Assembly (NCBI GenBank): GCA_029548805.1
Contig: JAKPMS010000010.1
Coordinates: 1-54,237, forward strand
Length of the DNA: 54,237 nucleotides
Source: Spirochaetota bacterium
GTDB taxonomy: Bacteria; Spirochaetota; Spirochaetia; Treponematales; UBA12059
Reading direction: 5' to 3'
The notes beneath the pieces were generated by a model. It saw only the letters and a program-made list of their open reading frames with translations. It did no database searches and had not been told where the DNA came from. Both the position numbers and the translations under genes were made by a program. Shown here one piece after another: positions 53,419-54,237 of this stretch. How positions within the stretch are numbered: the first letter of the stretch is position 1; each line of letters begins with the position of its first letter.

Positions 53419-54237
53419 ATGGAAAAAATTACATCGCTTGCAAAACGCAGGGGTTTTGTTTTTCAGAGTTCCGAAATATACGGCGGCCAGGCTGGCGCAT
53501 GGGATTACGGTCCCCTGGGAATAGAACTAAAAAACAGGATACAGCGTTTTTGGTGGAAAGAAATGACCCAGCTGCATGATGACATAGTCGGCCTTGATGC
53601 GGCCATACTTATGCATCCACGAACCTGGGAAGCTTCCGGCCATGTAGAAAACTTTTCCGACCCTCTTGTGGATTGCAAAAAATGCAAACAGCGCTTCAGG
53701 GCAGACCTTCTGGAACCTGTTAAACTTGAAAAAAAAGAATGCCCCGAATGCGGCGGCGAACTTACAGATACACGCAAGTTTAATCTTATGTTCAAAACCA
53801 ATATAGGGGCAATAGACGACGGTACTGGACTTATTTATCTAAGGCCAGAAACAGCACAAGGCATCTATGTAAACTATAAAAATGTGGTGCAAAGCAACCG
53901 CATGAAAATCCCCTTCGGCATTGCGCAGGTTGGCAAGGCTTTCAGAAACGAAATTGTTACAAAAAACTTCATATTCCGTACCTGCGAATTTGAGCAGATG
54001 GAAATGCAGTATTTTGTAAAACCCGGCGAAGACGACAAGTTTTTTGAATACTGGAAAGAGCAGCGCTGGAACTATTATAAAAAACTGGGCATCCGCATGA
54101 ACAAATTGAGGTGGCATCAGCATGGGGCTGACGAGCTGGCCCATTATGCAAAAGATGCATACGATATCGAGTACGAGTTTCCTATGGGCTTCAAGGAACT
54201 TGAAGGCGTACATAATCGCACGGATTATGACCTTAAA
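53419..54237 (+). CDS. glyQS: Glycine--tRNA ligase (dimeric GlyQS type), N-terminal part; 3' end lies outside the window
   Basis: Hand translation gives [49 protein letters not shown]...; the frame stays open to the window end. It is absent from the ORF track because no stop codon is reached. Confidence 0.9.
   Translation, partial: MEKITSLAKRRGFVFQSSEIYGGQAGAWDYGPLGIELKNRIQRFWWKEMTQLHDDIVGLDAAILMHPRTWEASGHVENFSDPLVDCKKCKQRFRADLLEPVKLEKKECPECGGELTDTRKFNLMFKTNIGAIDDGTGLIYLRPETAQGIYVNYKNVVQSNRMKIPFGIAQVGKAFRNEIVTKNFIFRTCEFEQMEMQYFVKPGEDDKFFEYWKEQRWNYYKKLGIRMNKLRWHQHGADELAHYAKDAYDIEYEFPMGFKELEGVHNRTDYDLK

Noticed and set aside
1-54237. I looked for mobile or defence content: transposases, integrases, phage genes, restriction-modification, toxin-antitoxin pairs, cas genes, and tRNA-flanked island boundaries at tRNA-Glu.
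   Set aside because: I recognised none by motif. tRNA-Glu is followed by its own terminator and ordinary genes, with no direct repeat of its 3' end nearby, so there is no evidence of an integrated element.

Overview
This 54.2-kb window is a chromosomal segment of a spirochaete, probably Treponema-like. The lineage markers are three FlaA flagellar outer-sheath paralogues, a TatT/TatP/TatQM TPR-associated TRAP transporter, a spiro-SPASM radical SAM gene, and a small-alarmone-synthetase-TPR fusion. Most of the window is housekeeping and transport: clpB (3' end), tatD, two sugar-type ABC importers, a heterodimeric ABC exporter, fba, rnhA, an rluA-family gene, pgeF, arcA, B12-dependent nrdJ, a 56-aa ferredoxin missed by the ORF track, an amidase, tRNA-Glu(UUC), earP-efp and glyQS (5' part). 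I saw no transposase, integrase, phage, CRISPR-cas, restriction or toxin-antitoxin genes. Two modules stand out. (1) At 24373-28975 there is a translationally coupled four-gene module. A 577-aa DUF2207-like bitopic membrane protein ends in a cytoplasmic tail of 11 CXXX units, eight of them C-H-x-A. Its stop codon overlaps the start of an RRE-like/radical SAM/SPASM enzyme, and two membrane proteins of unknown function flank the pair. This looks like RiPP-type radical SAM tailoring applied to the tail of a large membrane protein, and it is my best candidate for an undescribed system. (2) At 40008-46505 there is a six-gene cluster: spiro-SPASM, a GT-A-like protein, a cytidylyltransferase, a PseG-like/Zn-ribbon/methyltransferase fusion and an ATP-grasp protein. 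It lies next to an amidase and a flaA gene and suggests an uncharacterised glycan or flagellar modification pathway. Smaller oddities are a 73-nt duplication of the nrdJ 3' end upstream of arcA, a palindromic intergenic repeat at two loci, two flaA promoters that share the 12-nt string TTGACAAAGAAT (-35 hexamer plus 6 nt), and an ABC exporter half with a ~130-aa extracytoplasmic insertion. All family assignments come from reading motifs by eye; no database search was run.
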